The notes beneath the pieces were generated by a model that worked only from the letters and a program-made list of their open reading frames with translations, made no database searches and was not told the origin of the DNA. From assembly GCA_945788095.1 (NCBI GenBank), contig CALZKW010000001.1, positions 1 to 52,191 on the forward strand: a DNA stretch of 52,191 nt. Reading direction: 5' to 3'. Source of the DNA: an uncultured Prevotellaceae bacterium. GTDB lineage: Bacteria > Bacteroidota > Bacteroidia > Bacteroidales > Bacteroidaceae. Of the stretch, positions 33,540 through 43,276 are shown piece after piece (within the stretch, counting starts at the first letter, position 1; each line of letters begins with the position of its first letter). The translations under genes and the position numbers were made by a program.

Positions 33540-36500
33540 TCACCTCAGCACGCGTTTCTTGCCCTGGCTCACCACGATGCCGTGTGCAGTTTGCTCGGAA
33601 ACGGGCTTGCCTGAGAGGTCGTAGAGGGGGGATACAGCACCCTCTGCCACCACGGTTGAGATAGCCGTTGGTGTGTAAAAATCTCCGATGAGGAAATAAT
33701 CCTTCACGCGGGCTGCTGCAGAGGTGACCTTGAGGTAAGCCTCACCGGCAGGACAGACGTCGGAGTCGACGCGGAAGAAACCTGTGCCAAGGCCCTCACG
33801 CGTCTCAAGACGGTAGTAGCTGACGGCATCGGATGTTACAAGACTAACAGGAACGCAGTCTCCCAAGAGTTTGTTCATGCTCAAACTAACGGGAGATGTT
33901 ACACTGGGTTTGAGACGTACCACACTGCCTGGAGCACCATGCACAAGCACAGAAGCACCAGCGGGGAGCGTACCATTCACTCGCTTCATTTTCAGCGTAT
34001 CTACGTCCGTGTCGAAATTGCTAACGTAGTAGATATCCGCATCAGAGTCCTTCAGGCTAACGGGGTATGGCACCGAGAGGGCAAGCCATCCAGACTCGGG
34101 TATGTTACGTTCGATTGTTAGTTTTGTAACAGGGTCGAAGCTCAAATGAGGTGGCTGATTATAGGCACAGTTCTGATTGACCACCTGCGCGCGGTAGTTC
34201 AGGTCGTCCATCAGGTGGGGCAAGGCATAAGGCGACTCAAAACTGGTGAAGTTGATGTAGAGATGATTGTTCGCATTATTCCAAGTGACGAACTCCTCGC
34301 GCCAGTCTCCTAAGAGGTCACCCTGGACGCAGGGATTATTCTTCGTATAGTTGTTGAGCGAACCCCAGAGATAGTTGCCGCCATTGAACTGGTAGCGGTC
34401 GAACGACTTGCTCGAGGGGTTCCAGTGAGCAATGATGCTCTTGTCGAAAAACTCGTCGTAGAGATCGCCGTCCCAGTAGACTCGGGCATTGACACTGGCA
34501 CCACTCGAACCGAGGGCCCACGACGAGGCATTGACGCTCTGGTCGGCACAGTTGTACATCTGGGCACGGGCACTGCTGAGGAACTGCCAGTCGTCGCGGC
34601 TGCTATCGAAATGGGCCGCCAGACCACGGCCTGTGTCGCCGCTCTCCGTCTGACGCATCAGTATCTCACCGGTGCAGGCATCGCGGATATCGATGCCATA
34701 GGGACTCTTCTCGTGACACATCAGCACCTCCAGACCCTCGTGGTCGGGCAGCATGTCGCCCAGATGGAGGGCATCGCCATGCCCCAGATTGGTGCGGTAG
34801 AGACAGGTGCCGTCATGATCGAGACAGGCCGAACCATAGACAATCTCCTGACGGCCATCACCATCCACATCACCCACTGACACCCAGTGAGCACCCTCGC
34901 CATAGACGGTCTTGGTGAGCGTCTTCGAACGGCCGTCGCCATAGTCCAGACGACCATTCGAGGCCGAATAGGCACGGTGCACCCAACGCTCACGAAGTTG
35001 CTCGCCATCAAAGTCGTAGGCACCGATGAAGGCACCGTTGTAGTAGCCACGGGCAAAAATGGGACTGGGATTGCTGTCCGGACCGTCGAGATAAGCCAGG
35101 GCAGCCAAATAGCGCTCACTGCGGTTCTGCTTGCTGTCACCCCAGTAGGCCTCACCCGTCTTGTAGTCCGTGTGGTAGGGAATGGTGCTGATTTCTGCTC
35201 CGTTGAGACCATCAAAGACAGTGATGTACTCTCCGCCATGATCCTGCTTGCCACGACTGCTCAGGAGATTCTCCGTGGGTGAGTCGTTGCCCAGGAGCAC
35301 ATAGTTGCCCTGGCCGTCGATGGTGCCAGGAGCCGTCTTGCACATAAATTCGCCATAGCCATCACCATCGAGGTCCCAGGCGATGAACTGCACGGTGTGG
35401 GCACTGTTAAAGATATTGGGACCGAGGTCGATGCGCCACAACTGTGTGCCGTCGAGCTTGTAGCAGTCGAAGATGGGATTGCTGGTCGTACCGTTCGAGG
35501 CAGCGTCCTTCTCATTAGATGGCGCCCACTTGAGGATGATTTCGTACTCACCATCACCATCCATATCGCAGAATGAAGCATCGTTGGGCGTGTAGGTGGC
35601 ACCATTGCGCAGGTCGACAGGCGTCTGGGTGGGTATCTCGAGACTCTGGTTTTGCCATGTCTTGCCACTCACCACCGACTCCAGCAACTGATCGTTGGCA
35701 TCATACACCTCGAGGCGATAATATGAGGTGGTGCTGCCCGAGGCATCGCGATAGTTGGTCTTGGTGGTGATATAGTTGCCATTGTTGACCCTGGTGGTCT
35801 GCGCCGCAGCACTGTTGCCACGCCACAGTTTGTACTTCACCGCACCTTCGTCCGAGGGACGACGGCGCCACGAGATGAGATTGCCCGTGCCGCCACTCTG
35901 TGCCAGACTGACAGATACCAAACCACGCCCCAGGGGTGTGGCCTCAGGCTTCTGAGGACGACCACCTATGGCAAAGCGTACTGAGAAAGAGAATACCTTG
36001 TTGCCCTGCTGAAGCACGGTCACAAGAGCCTGCTTGTTGGCATAGGTCACCGTGGCTTCATAACCGGGGGCAGCCTCGACCGTAAAATCAGTGGGATCGG
36101 CACTGAGGCGGGTGGCATAAGAAGCAGAGCCACCATTCTGCACCCCGCTGACGAGGTCAGTCAGATTGATGGCATTGCCCTCAGCATCGCGACAACCGAG
36201 ATGCGTCACGTAGTGGTCGGCAGCAAAGAGGGGCTCGTCGACCATACCCTCGACCGTGACATTGCGAAAGGCAATGGCCTTGGGCGAGGAGGTGTCCGTA
36301 CCATTTATATTATAGATGTAGAGGATAACAATGAAGGCCTTGCCCTCGACGAGCATATCATTGATGACGTACTCGTGGTGGCTATAACCATTGGGATTGC
36401 CCTGGTCCACCTTGTTGCGCAGCGGAGCCACCGCCGAAGCCAGTGTCACCTCGGTGCCTCCGCTGGGCTTGATGACCACATCGATGTTGCCGCCATCGGT

Positions 36501-36872
36501 GCCGCATTTGGCTGCATCAAAGGAGAGACGCGTGGGCTTGAAGGTGTGGCCCGACTGAGGAGTGACGCCAAAACTGATACAATGACCAGCAACCTTGCCC
36601 GTCTGGCGTGTATCAACATAAAACATTGAAAACGAGGGAGTATATACTACCGGTTCATAGTCCTCTGTCGAATTTGATACACTCATTTCTTCCACTTTTG
36701 ATACATTACTGCCGCTCAGGTATGAGGAAGTGACGAGCGATTTGGCCTCTCCGTCAGCTGTAGAGGCCGCGAGGTTGGCGCTTTGGGCAAGCGTCCATGT
36801 CACAGAGGCTCTCTGCGCCGATGCAGCAAGCGCAAGAATACCGAATACGAGGCACAAGAATGTCTTTCTCAT
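33540..36872 (-). CDS. PL11 rhamnogalacturonan lyase-like beta-propeller protein with T9SS CTD
   Basis: 1110 aa with signal peptide MRKTFLCLVFGILALAASAQ. YesW/YesX-like segment (CDMDGDGEYEIILKWAPSN...AWDLDGDGYGEF...GDVDGDGRQEIVYG). C-terminal sorting domain (PLYDLSGKPV...). Confidence 0.85.
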   Translation of the reverse strand: MRKTFLCLVFGILALAASAQRASVTWTLAQSANLAASTADGEAKSLVTSSYLSGSNVSKVEEMSVSNSTEDYEPVVYTPSFSMFYVDTRQTGKVAGHCISFGVTPQSGHTFKPTRLSFDAAKCGTDGGNIDVVIKPSGGTEVTLASAVAPLRNKVDQGNPNGYSHHEYVINDMLVEGKAFIVILYIYNINGTDTSSPKAIAFRNVTVEGMVDEPLFAADHYVTHLGCRDAEGNAINLTDLVSGVQNGGSASYATRLSADPTDFTVEAAPGYEATVTYANKQALVTVLQQGNKVFSFSVRFAIGGRPQKPEATPLGRGLVSVSLAQSGGTGNLISWRRRPSDEGAVKYKLWRGNSAAAQTTRVNNGNYITTKTNYRDASGSTTSYYRLEVYDANDQLLESVVSGKTWQNQSLEIPTQTPVDLRNGATYTPNDASFCDMDGDGEYEIILKWAPSNEKDAASNGTTSNPIFDCYKLDGTQLWRIDLGPNIFNSAHTVQFIAWDLDGDGYGEFMCKTAPGTIDGQGNYVLLGNDSPTENLLSSRGKQDHGGEYITVFDGLNGAEISTIPYHTDYKTGEAYWGDSKQNRSERYLAALAYLDGPDSNPSPIFARGYYNGAFIGAYDFDGEQLRERWVHRAYSASNGRLDYGDGRSKTLTKTVYGEGAHWVSVGDVDGDGRQEIVYGSACLDHDGTCLYRTNLGHGDALHLGDMLPDHEGLEVLMCHEKSPYGIDIRDACTGEILMRQTESGDTGRGLAAHFDSSRDDWQFLSSARAQMYNCADQSVNASSWALGSSGASVNARVYWDGDLYDEFFDKSIIAHWNPSSKSFDRYQFNGGNYLWGSLNNYTKNNPCVQGDLLGDWREEFVTWNNANNHLYINFTSFESPYALPHLMDDLNYRAQVVNQNCAYNQPPHLSFDPVTKLTIERNIPESGWLALSVPYPVSLKDSDADIYYVSNFDTDVDTLKMKRVNGTLPAGASVLVHGAPGSVVRLKPSVTSPVSLSMNKLLGDCVPVSLVTSDAVSYYRLETREGLGTGFFRVDSDVCPAGEAYLKVTSAAARVKDYFLIGDFYTPTAISTVVAEGAVSPLYDLSGKPVSEQTAHGIVVSQGKKRVLR

Positions 36873-36931
36873 GGTTATTGTGTGTGTATGGTTATACGGT
36901 TAGGAAAAATTGGCGGAAGCGGTTATCCTCA

Positions 36932-37681
36932 TCAGATAACCACCTCCACGGGGCAGTGGTCGCTGCCGTAAATGTCGGTGTGGATGGTTGCCGACTTGAG
37001 CTGTGGCTCCAGACGGCTCGACACGATGAAATAGTCGATACGCCAGCCCGTGTTCTTCTCGCGCGCCTTGAAGCGGTAGCTCCACCACGAGTAGATTTCC
37101 TTCTGGTCGGGGTAGAAATAGCGGAAGGTGTCGGTGAAACCAGCCTGGAGCAGGGTGGTCATCTTCTCGCGCTCTTGGTCCGTGAAACCGGCATTCATGC
37201 GGTTTGTCTTGGGATTCTTGAGGTCAATCTCTTGGTGGGCCACATTGAGATCGCCACACATGATGACGGGTTTCTTGGCATCCAAGGCCAAGAGATAGGC
37301 ACGAAAGTCGTCCTCCCACGTCATGCGATAGTCCAGACGGCGCAGTCCGTCCTGCGAATTAGGCGTATAACAGGTAACGACATAGAAATCAGGATATTCG
37401 AGTGTGATGACACGTCCCTCGTGGTCGTGCTCCTCCACTCCGATGCCATAGGCCACACTGAGAGGTTCGTGGCGGGTGAAGATGGCCGTGCCGCTGTAGC
37501 CCTTCTTCTCGGCATAGTTCCAGTAACTGTGATAGCCCTCAAACTCCAGATCCAACTGTCCGGCCTGCATCTTGGTCTCCTGCAGACAGAAGAAGTCGGC
37601 ATCAAGCTGGGCAAACACCTCTCGGAAGTTCTTGCCCACCACGGCACGCAGGCCGTTGACATTCCAACTGATGAATTTCAT
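36932..37681 (-). CDS. xth: Exodeoxyribonuclease III
   Basis: 249 aa. Contains [21 protein letters not shown] and the C-terminal GSDHCPV. Confidence 0.92.
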   Translation of the reverse strand: MKFISWNVNGLRAVVGKNFREVFAQLDADFFCLQETKMQAGQLDLEFEGYHSYWNYAEKKGYSGTAIFTRHEPLSVAYGIGVEEHDHEGRVITLEYPDFYVVTCYTPNSQDGLRRLDYRMTWEDDFRAYLLALDAKKPVIMCGDLNVAHQEIDLKNPKTNRMNAGFTDQEREKMTTLLQAGFTDTFRYFYPDQKEIYSWWSYRFKAREKNTGWRIDYFIVSSRLEPQLKSATIHTDIYGSDHCPVEVVI

Positions 37682-37724
37682 ATTACCTTTTACAATTTAC
37701 AATTTACCATTTACAATTAACAAT
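37682..37724 (-). repeat. Heptamer repeat (sense ATTGTAA-type), directly upstream of the xth ATG
   Basis: Plus strand reads ATTACCT TTTACAA TTTACAA TTTACCA TTTACAA TTAACAA. Confidence 0.85.
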
Positions 37725-37777
37725 GTCCGTTGTCTGTTGTCTTCCAACCGTTGTCCGTAGTCCGTTGTCTGTTGTCT
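37725..37777 (-). repeat. Heptamer repeat (sense GACAACR/GACTACG), directly after the CE12 stop
   Basis: Sense strand reads TAG-tA GACAACA GACAACG GACTACG GACAACG GTTGGAA GACAACA GACAACG GACATTG. Confidence 0.85.
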
Positions 37778-37778
37778 A

Positions 37779-39431
37779 CTATCGCCTCAGATACTTAGCC
37801 AGGGGCGACTTGATGCGCTTGAGCCCCTTGGCCACACACTTGGCATTGTTTTTGGCGCCCAGTTTACTCGTATGGGTGTGGTCGTTCTTATAGTATGCCT
37901 TGGCCTTCTCGCGCCCCAGTTTGTCCATGGAGTCGGCAGCGATGTTGTGGAGATCGACAAAGTCGACGCCGGTCTGTTCGACCACCTCGCGGTACCACAC
38001 GCCAAACGACTCATTGCGGCGCTCGATGCGGCCATCCTCCCACTCGTTGCGGGGCGTGAGGCTCACCAGAATGGGCGTGGCACCCTTTTGGCGCACATCA
38101 TCGATCATCTTGCGGAGATACCAGCCAAAGGAGTAGACCACCTCATTGTAGACCTCCCTGTCGTTGCGCACACGGAACACATGACTCGTGTCGCGGGTGC
38201 CAGCCAGTTCGTTGCGCGCCTTGCCATGAGCCAGTTCGCGGCCCGCATCGTTGTGACCAAACTGGATGAGCACAAAGTCGCCAGGGCGCAGGTCATTGTA
38301 GACCTTATCCCAACGGCCCTCGCGCAGATAGGTACGGCAGGAGCGGCCCGCCATAGCGCTGTTCTGTATGGTTATCTTCTTGGTATTGAATACGATATCA
38401 GCCACTGCACCCCAGCCCCACATGCCGTCTTCGTCCTTATCGGCATTCTTCACAGTCGAATCTCCAGTGATGAAAACCACCGGCTTGCCCTCCTCGCGCT
38501 TCACACCCGTGGTGGGGAGCTCCATACTGGTCATCATGGCCTTGAGGGGCTCTATCTCGGGATGCGAGCATGCCATGATGCCCTCAGCGGCACTGCGCGC
38601 ATTGTGACGAGCACCGAAGGCGCTGGTGTGGATGCGGTCAAGATAGAAATGGTAGTTAAACTTCCACTCCGTCATTTCCTCGTACTTACGAGCCGATATT
38701 TCGTTGAGATCCACGAAGGGACAGTCCATCTCCTCGGCTATCTGACGCGCCCAGAGACCAAAGGTCTTGTCCACACGACCTACGCGGCCAGGCTGATCCT
38801 TGTCGTAGGCATTGCGGGGAGTCAGACTCATCAGGATGGGGTGACCACCGAGCTGACGCACCTCGCGCACAAAGCGGCGCATATACTCGCCATAGCTGTA
38901 GACGGTCTCGTGCACGCCCGTCTCCTTGATGGTGACACAGAGCGAGTCGGTGGCGCTGATGCCCTTGATACTGGCACGTGCACGCCCCGAGTCAAAGGGG
39001 CCATTGTCGTTGTGCCCCAGTTCGATGATGACATAGTCGCCAGGACGGATGCCCTTCTTGACATCAGCCCAGAGTCTGTTATAAAAGGTACGCGAGGAGG
39101 TGCCTCCCAGGGCCTGATTCTCCACAGTGATCTGATTTTCATCGAAATACTCGTGAGCGAAGTAGCCCCAGCCCCACTGACCGTTGTCGCCATTGCCGAG
39201 GGTGCCCGTACGCATGGTGCTGTTGCCCACCAGGAAGAGCACGGGATTGCTGCCCCTGCGACTGCTACCAGCCACGGGGCGCGCCGTGGCAGCCTTCTCG
39301 AGCGAGTCGAGCGTGAGGTCGACCACCTTGTTGACATCCTCCATGGCCTCATATTTCTTCTCATCCTCAGTCTTCTGTGCGCTGCATGTCATGGCAGCCA
39401 AAAGCATCATTGGTATTATCGTCTTTCTCAT
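37779..39431 (-). CDS. Tandem-domain SGNH/GDSL hydrolase, CE12 rhamnogalacturonan acetylesterase-like
   Basis: Start taken at MRKTIIPMMLLAAMTCSAQ (cat at 39429-39431). Two SGNH modules: LFLVGNSTM...QWGWG and VFITGDSTV...MWGWG. Confidence 0.85.
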   Translation of the reverse strand: MRKTIIPMMLLAAMTCSAQKTEDEKKYEAMEDVNKVVDLTLDSLEKAATARPVAGSSRRGSNPVLFLVGNSTMRTGTLGNGDNGQWGWGYFAHEYFDENQITVENQALGGTSSRTFYNRLWADVKKGIRPGDYVIIELGHNDNGPFDSGRARASIKGISATDSLCVTIKETGVHETVYSYGEYMRRFVREVRQLGGHPILMSLTPRNAYDKDQPGRVGRVDKTFGLWARQIAEEMDCPFVDLNEISARKYEEMTEWKFNYHFYLDRIHTSAFGARHNARSAAEGIMACSHPEIEPLKAMMTSMELPTTGVKREEGKPVVFITGDSTVKNADKDEDGMWGWGAVADIVFNTKKITIQNSAMAGRSCRTYLREGRWDKVYNDLRPGDFVLIQFGHNDAGRELAHGKARNELAGTRDTSHVFRVRNDREVYNEVVYSFGWYLRKMIDDVRQKGATPILVSLTPRNEWEDGRIERRNESFGVWYREVVEQTGVDFVDLHNIAADSMDKLGREKAKAYYKNDHTHTSKLGAKNNAKCVAKGLKRIKSPLAKYLRR

Positions 39432-39451
39432 ATTGCGTGTAATTTGGCACC

Positions 39452-39459
39452 CAAAGGTA
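39452..39459 (-). promoter_or_regulatory. Candidate -7 box (TACCTTTG) for the CE12 gene
   Basis: The reverse complement of caaaggta, 20 nt upstream of the ATG at 39431. Confidence 0.45.
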
Positions 39460-39503
39460 AGAAGAATTATTGATATATTCTTGCGCATATCATAGAAAAG
39501 ACT

Positions 39504-39511
39504 TACTTTTG
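39504..39511 (+). promoter_or_regulatory. Candidate -7 box (TACTTTTG) for the etf operon
   Basis: Matches TAnnTTTG, 69 nt upstream of the ATG at 39581. Confidence 0.45.
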
Positions 39512-39580
39512 CACGGATTCGCACGAAATGTGCATCAAATGACAAGACATCAAAAACACTAACTAACATATAAACACACA

Positions 39581-40468
39581 ATGAGCATGAAAATCGTTGT
39601 ACTTGCCAAGCAAGTTCCCGACACGCGCAACGTGGGCCCCGATGCCATGACACCCGAAGGCACCGTGAACCGCAGCGCTCTGCCTGCCATCTTCAACCCA
39701 GAGGATCTCAACGCCCTGGAGCAGGCTCTCAGACTGAAAGACAAGAACCCCGGCACCACCGTGACCATCATTACCATGGGCCCCGGCAGAGCCGCAGAGG
39801 TAATCCGTGAAGCCATGTACCGAGGCGCAGATGGTGGCTACCTGCTGACCGACCGCGCCTTTGCAGGTGCAGATACACTGGCAACGAGCTACGCCCTTAG
39901 CACTGCCATCAAGCACGTTTGCCCCGACGTAGACCTCATCATCGGTGGTCGTCAGGCCATCGACGGCGACACCGCACAGGTAGGTCCTCAGGTGGCAGAA
40001 AAACTGGGCCTCAACCAGATTACCTATACCGAGGAGATCCTCGACTGCAAGGACGGCAAGATCGTCGTGAAGCGCCACATCGATGGCGGCGTGGAGACCG
40101 TGGAGAGCGCACTGCCCTGCGTACTTACCGTAAATGGTAGCGCTGCCCCTTGCCGCCCTCGTAACGTGCGCCGCGTGCTGCAGTTCAAGCGTGCACTGGC
40201 ACCCATGGAACTCGCTCCCGGCACCACCTACGCCGACCTGCCCTACGCAGAGGAGTATGAAAAGAAGCCTTACCTGAAGCTCGGTCAGCTGACCTGTGCC
40301 GACGTCAATGCCGACCTCCAGCAGTGTGGTCTGGCAGGTTCGCCCACCAAGGTGAAGGCAGTAGAGAACATCGTCTTCAAGGCCAAGGAGAGCAAGGTGC
40401 TCACCGGCAGCGACGAGGATATCAATGGTTTAATTCAGGAGCTTCTGGCTTCACACACAATCGGCTAA
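39581..40468 (+). CDS. etfB: Electron transfer flavoprotein beta subunit
   Basis: 295 aa. MKIVVLAKQVPDT start and IITMGP. The start may be 39587. Confidence 0.9.
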   Translation: MSMKIVVLAKQVPDTRNVGPDAMTPEGTVNRSALPAIFNPEDLNALEQALRLKDKNPGTTVTIITMGPGRAAEVIREAMYRGADGGYLLTDRAFAGADTLATSYALSTAIKHVCPDVDLIIGGRQAIDGDTAQVGPQVAEKLGLNQITYTEEILDCKDGKIVVKRHIDGGVETVESALPCVLTVNGSAAPCRPRNVRRVLQFKRALAPMELAPGTTYADLPYAEEYEKKPYLKLGQLTCADVNADLQQCGLAGSPTKVKAVENIVFKAKESKVLTGSDEDINGLIQELLASHTIG

Positions 40469-40474
40469 CACACA

Positions 40475-41497
40475 ATGAATTCAGTATTTGTATATTGCGA
40501 ACTTGAAGGCACAAAGGTGGCCGAAGTAAGTCAGGAGTTGCTCACAAAGGGCAGAAAGTTGGCAAACACACTGGGTGTGGACCTCGAGGCCATCGCTGCA
40601 GGTAGCGGCATCACTGGCCAGGTGGAGAGTCAGATACTCCCCTATGGCGTGGATAAGTTGCACATCTTTGACGCAGAGGGCCTTGCACCCTACACCAGCA
40701 AGCCCCATACTGCCGTATTGGTCAACCTCTTTAAGAAGGAACAACCCCAGATATGCCTGATGGGTGCCGACGTAGTAGGCCGCGACCTCGGTCCACGTGT
40801 CAGCTCGGCCCTCAAGAGCGGCCTGACCGCAGACTGCACCGCCCTGGAGATTGGTCCTCACGACGACAAAAAACTGGGCAAGCACTACGACAACCTGCTC
40901 TACCAGATCCGTCCTGCCTTTGGTGGAAATATAGTTGCCACAATCGTCAACCCCGAAAACCGCCCCCAGATGGCTACTGTTCGCTCGGGTGTGATGAAGG
41001 CTGAGATACTCGACCCCAACTACAAGGGCGAGGTCATCATCGAGGATGTGGCCAAGTATGTGCCCGAGACAGAATATGTCACCAAGGTGCTCGAGCGCCA
41101 CGTGGAGGCTTCACGCAACAACCTCAAGGGTGCCCCCATCATCGTGGCTGGTGGCTACGGTGTGGGCAGCAAGGAAGGCTTCGGTCTGCTCTACGACCTG
41201 GCCAAGGTTATCCATGCCGAGGTGGGTGCCTCACGCGCTGCTGTTGATGCCGGCTTCTGCGACCACGACCTGCAGATTGGACAGACCGGCGTGACGGTTC
41301 GCCCAAAGGTTTACATAGCATGTGGCATCAGCGGTGCTATTCAGCACGTTGCAGGTATGAAGGAGAGCGGTATCATTATCAGCATCAACAACGATGAGAA
41401 TGCCCCCATCAACCAGATAGCCGACTATGTGATCAACGGTAGCGTGGAGGAAGTTCTCCCCAAGATGATAAAGTATTATAAGCAAAACAGCAAGTAA
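40475..41497 (+). CDS. etfA: Electron transfer flavoprotein alpha subunit
   Basis: 340 aa. FAD-binding C-terminal domain (IVAGGYGVGS...ASRAAVDAG...QIGQTG...VYIACGISGAIQH). Confidence 0.9.
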   Translation: MNSVFVYCELEGTKVAEVSQELLTKGRKLANTLGVDLEAIAAGSGITGQVESQILPYGVDKLHIFDAEGLAPYTSKPHTAVLVNLFKKEQPQICLMGADVVGRDLGPRVSSALKSGLTADCTALEIGPHDDKKLGKHYDNLLYQIRPAFGGNIVATIVNPENRPQMATVRSGVMKAEILDPNYKGEVIIEDVAKYVPETEYVTKVLERHVEASRNNLKGAPIIVAGGYGVGSKEGFGLLYDLAKVIHAEVGASRAAVDAGFCDHDLQIGQTGVTVRPKVYIACGISGAIQHVAGMKESGIIISINNDENAPINQIADYVINGSVEEVLPKMIKYYKQNSK

Positions 41498-41501
41498 GAC
41501 C

Positions 41502-43208
41502 ATGGCCAACTATTATAACGAACAAATCAAATTCGAGATGGAGAGCAGTCCTCTCATGCAGAGGATTGCCGAACTCAAAGAGCGCGACTACGCAGACAAG
41601 GATGCCTATGCCGATGCACCACAGGACTACGCAGACGCCATCGACTCCTACCACAAGGTGCTCGACATCGTGGGCGACATCACCGCCAACATCATTGCCC
41701 CCAACACTGAGGCTGTAGACGCAGAGGGCCCCCACTGTGAGAATGGACGTGTGCGCTACGCTGCAAAGACCTACGAAAACGTACAAGCCATGGTGCAGGC
41801 TGGCCTCAACGGCGTGACGATGCCCCGCCGCTACAACGGCCTCAACATGCCCGTAACCGTGTATACCGCTGCCAACGAAATGGTATCGGCAGCCGATGCC
41901 GGATTTGAGAATATCTGGAGCCTCCAGGACTGCATCGAAACCCTCTACTGCTTCGGCAACGAGGAGCAGCGCCAGAAGTACATCCCCCGCGTCTGCGCCG
42001 GAGAGACCATGAGTATGGACCTCACAGAGCCTGATGCAGGTTCTGACCTCCAGAGCGTGATGCTCAAGGCTACCTACGACGAGGAGAACCAGTGCTGGCG
42101 CCTCAATGGCAGCAAGCGCTTCATCACTAACGGTGACTCTGACATCCACCTCGTGCTGGCCCGTTCGGAGGCAGGCACTCGTGACGGACGAGGCCTCTCA
42201 ATGTTCATCTACGACAAGCGTGATGGCGGTGTGGACGTACGCCGCATCGAGAACAAGCTCGGCATCCACGGTTCGCCCACCTGCGAACTTGTCTACAAGA
42301 ACGCTAAGTGCGAACTCTGCGGCGACCGCAAGATGGGTCTCATCAAGTATGTCATGTCGCTCATGAACGGTGCCCGCCTTGGCATCGCAGCCCAGGGTGT
42401 GGGTATCTCGCAGGCCGCCTACGACGAGGCTGTGGCCTATGCCCGCGACCGTAAGCAGTTTGGCAAGGCTATCATCGATTTCCCAGCTGTGGCAGAGATG
42501 ATCAGCAACATCAAGGCCAAGCTCGATGCAGGTCGTGCCCTGCTCTATCAGACAGCCCGCTATGTGGACATCTACAAGGCCCTCGAGGATATTGCCCGTG
42601 ACCGCAAACTCACTCCCGAGGAGCGCCAGGAGATGAAGAAATACCAGAAGTTGGCTGATGCCTTCACTCCCGTGGCTAAAGGTATGAACTCAGAGTACGC
42701 CAACCAGAATGCCTACGACTGTATCCAGGTACACGGAGGTTCGGGCTTTATGTTGGAATACGCCTGCCAGCGTCTCTACCGCGATGCACGCATCACCAGC
42801 ATCTACGAGGGCACCACACAGCTCCAGACCGTGGCGGCTATCCGCTACATCACCAACGGCTTCTATGCCGGTGTGCTGGCTGAGATGGAGCAGCAGACAG
42901 TGCCCGCTGAGTACGAGAGTATCATGGCTCGCATCAAGACCATGACAGAGGCATTCAATGCCTGCACAGCCAAGGTACGCGAGGCAGAGAATCAGGAAGT
43001 GCTCGACATCTGTGCACGCCACCTCTACGACATGACCGGTTCAATCATCATGTCGCACCTGCTGCTGCAGAACGCCAGCAAGAGCAAGGACCTCTTTGAG
43101 CAGAGCCTCCACATCTATCTCAACCACGCCGAGACTGAGGTGGAGAAGCACGCTAAGTGGATCAACAACATGACTCCCGAGCTGCTCGAGAACTACAAGC
43201 AGAAGTAA
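41502..43208 (+). CDS. Acyl-CoA dehydrogenase (long form)
   Basis: 568 aa. ACAD motifs (TEPDAGSDL, GSKRFITNG, QVHGGSGF, YEGTTQLQ). Immediately follows etfBA. Confidence 0.9.
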   Translation: MANYYNEQIKFEMESSPLMQRIAELKERDYADKDAYADAPQDYADAIDSYHKVLDIVGDITANIIAPNTEAVDAEGPHCENGRVRYAAKTYENVQAMVQAGLNGVTMPRRYNGLNMPVTVYTAANEMVSAADAGFENIWSLQDCIETLYCFGNEEQRQKYIPRVCAGETMSMDLTEPDAGSDLQSVMLKATYDEENQCWRLNGSKRFITNGDSDIHLVLARSEAGTRDGRGLSMFIYDKRDGGVDVRRIENKLGIHGSPTCELVYKNAKCELCGDRKMGLIKYVMSLMNGARLGIAAQGVGISQAAYDEAVAYARDRKQFGKAIIDFPAVAEMISNIKAKLDAGRALLYQTARYVDIYKALEDIARDRKLTPEERQEMKKYQKLADAFTPVAKGMNSEYANQNAYDCIQVHGGSGFMLEYACQRLYRDARITSIYEGTTQLQTVAAIRYITNGFYAGVLAEMEQQTVPAEYESIMARIKTMTEAFNACTAKVREAENQEVLDICARHLYDMTGSIIMSHLLLQNASKSKDLFEQSLHIYLNHAETEVEKHAKWINNMTPELLENYKQK

Positions 43209-43226
43209 TCACTATCACACCATCAA

Positions 43227-43268
43227 GGGGCAGACGAGCCATACGCAGGTCGTCTGCCCCCCTTTATA
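43227..43268 (+). terminator. Hairpin terminator after the acyl-CoA dehydrogenase gene
   Basis: GGGGCAGACGA / TCGTCTGCCCC, an 11-bp perfect stem with a 12-nt loop, then CCTTTATAT. Confidence 0.65.
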
Positions 43269-43276
43269 TCCATCCT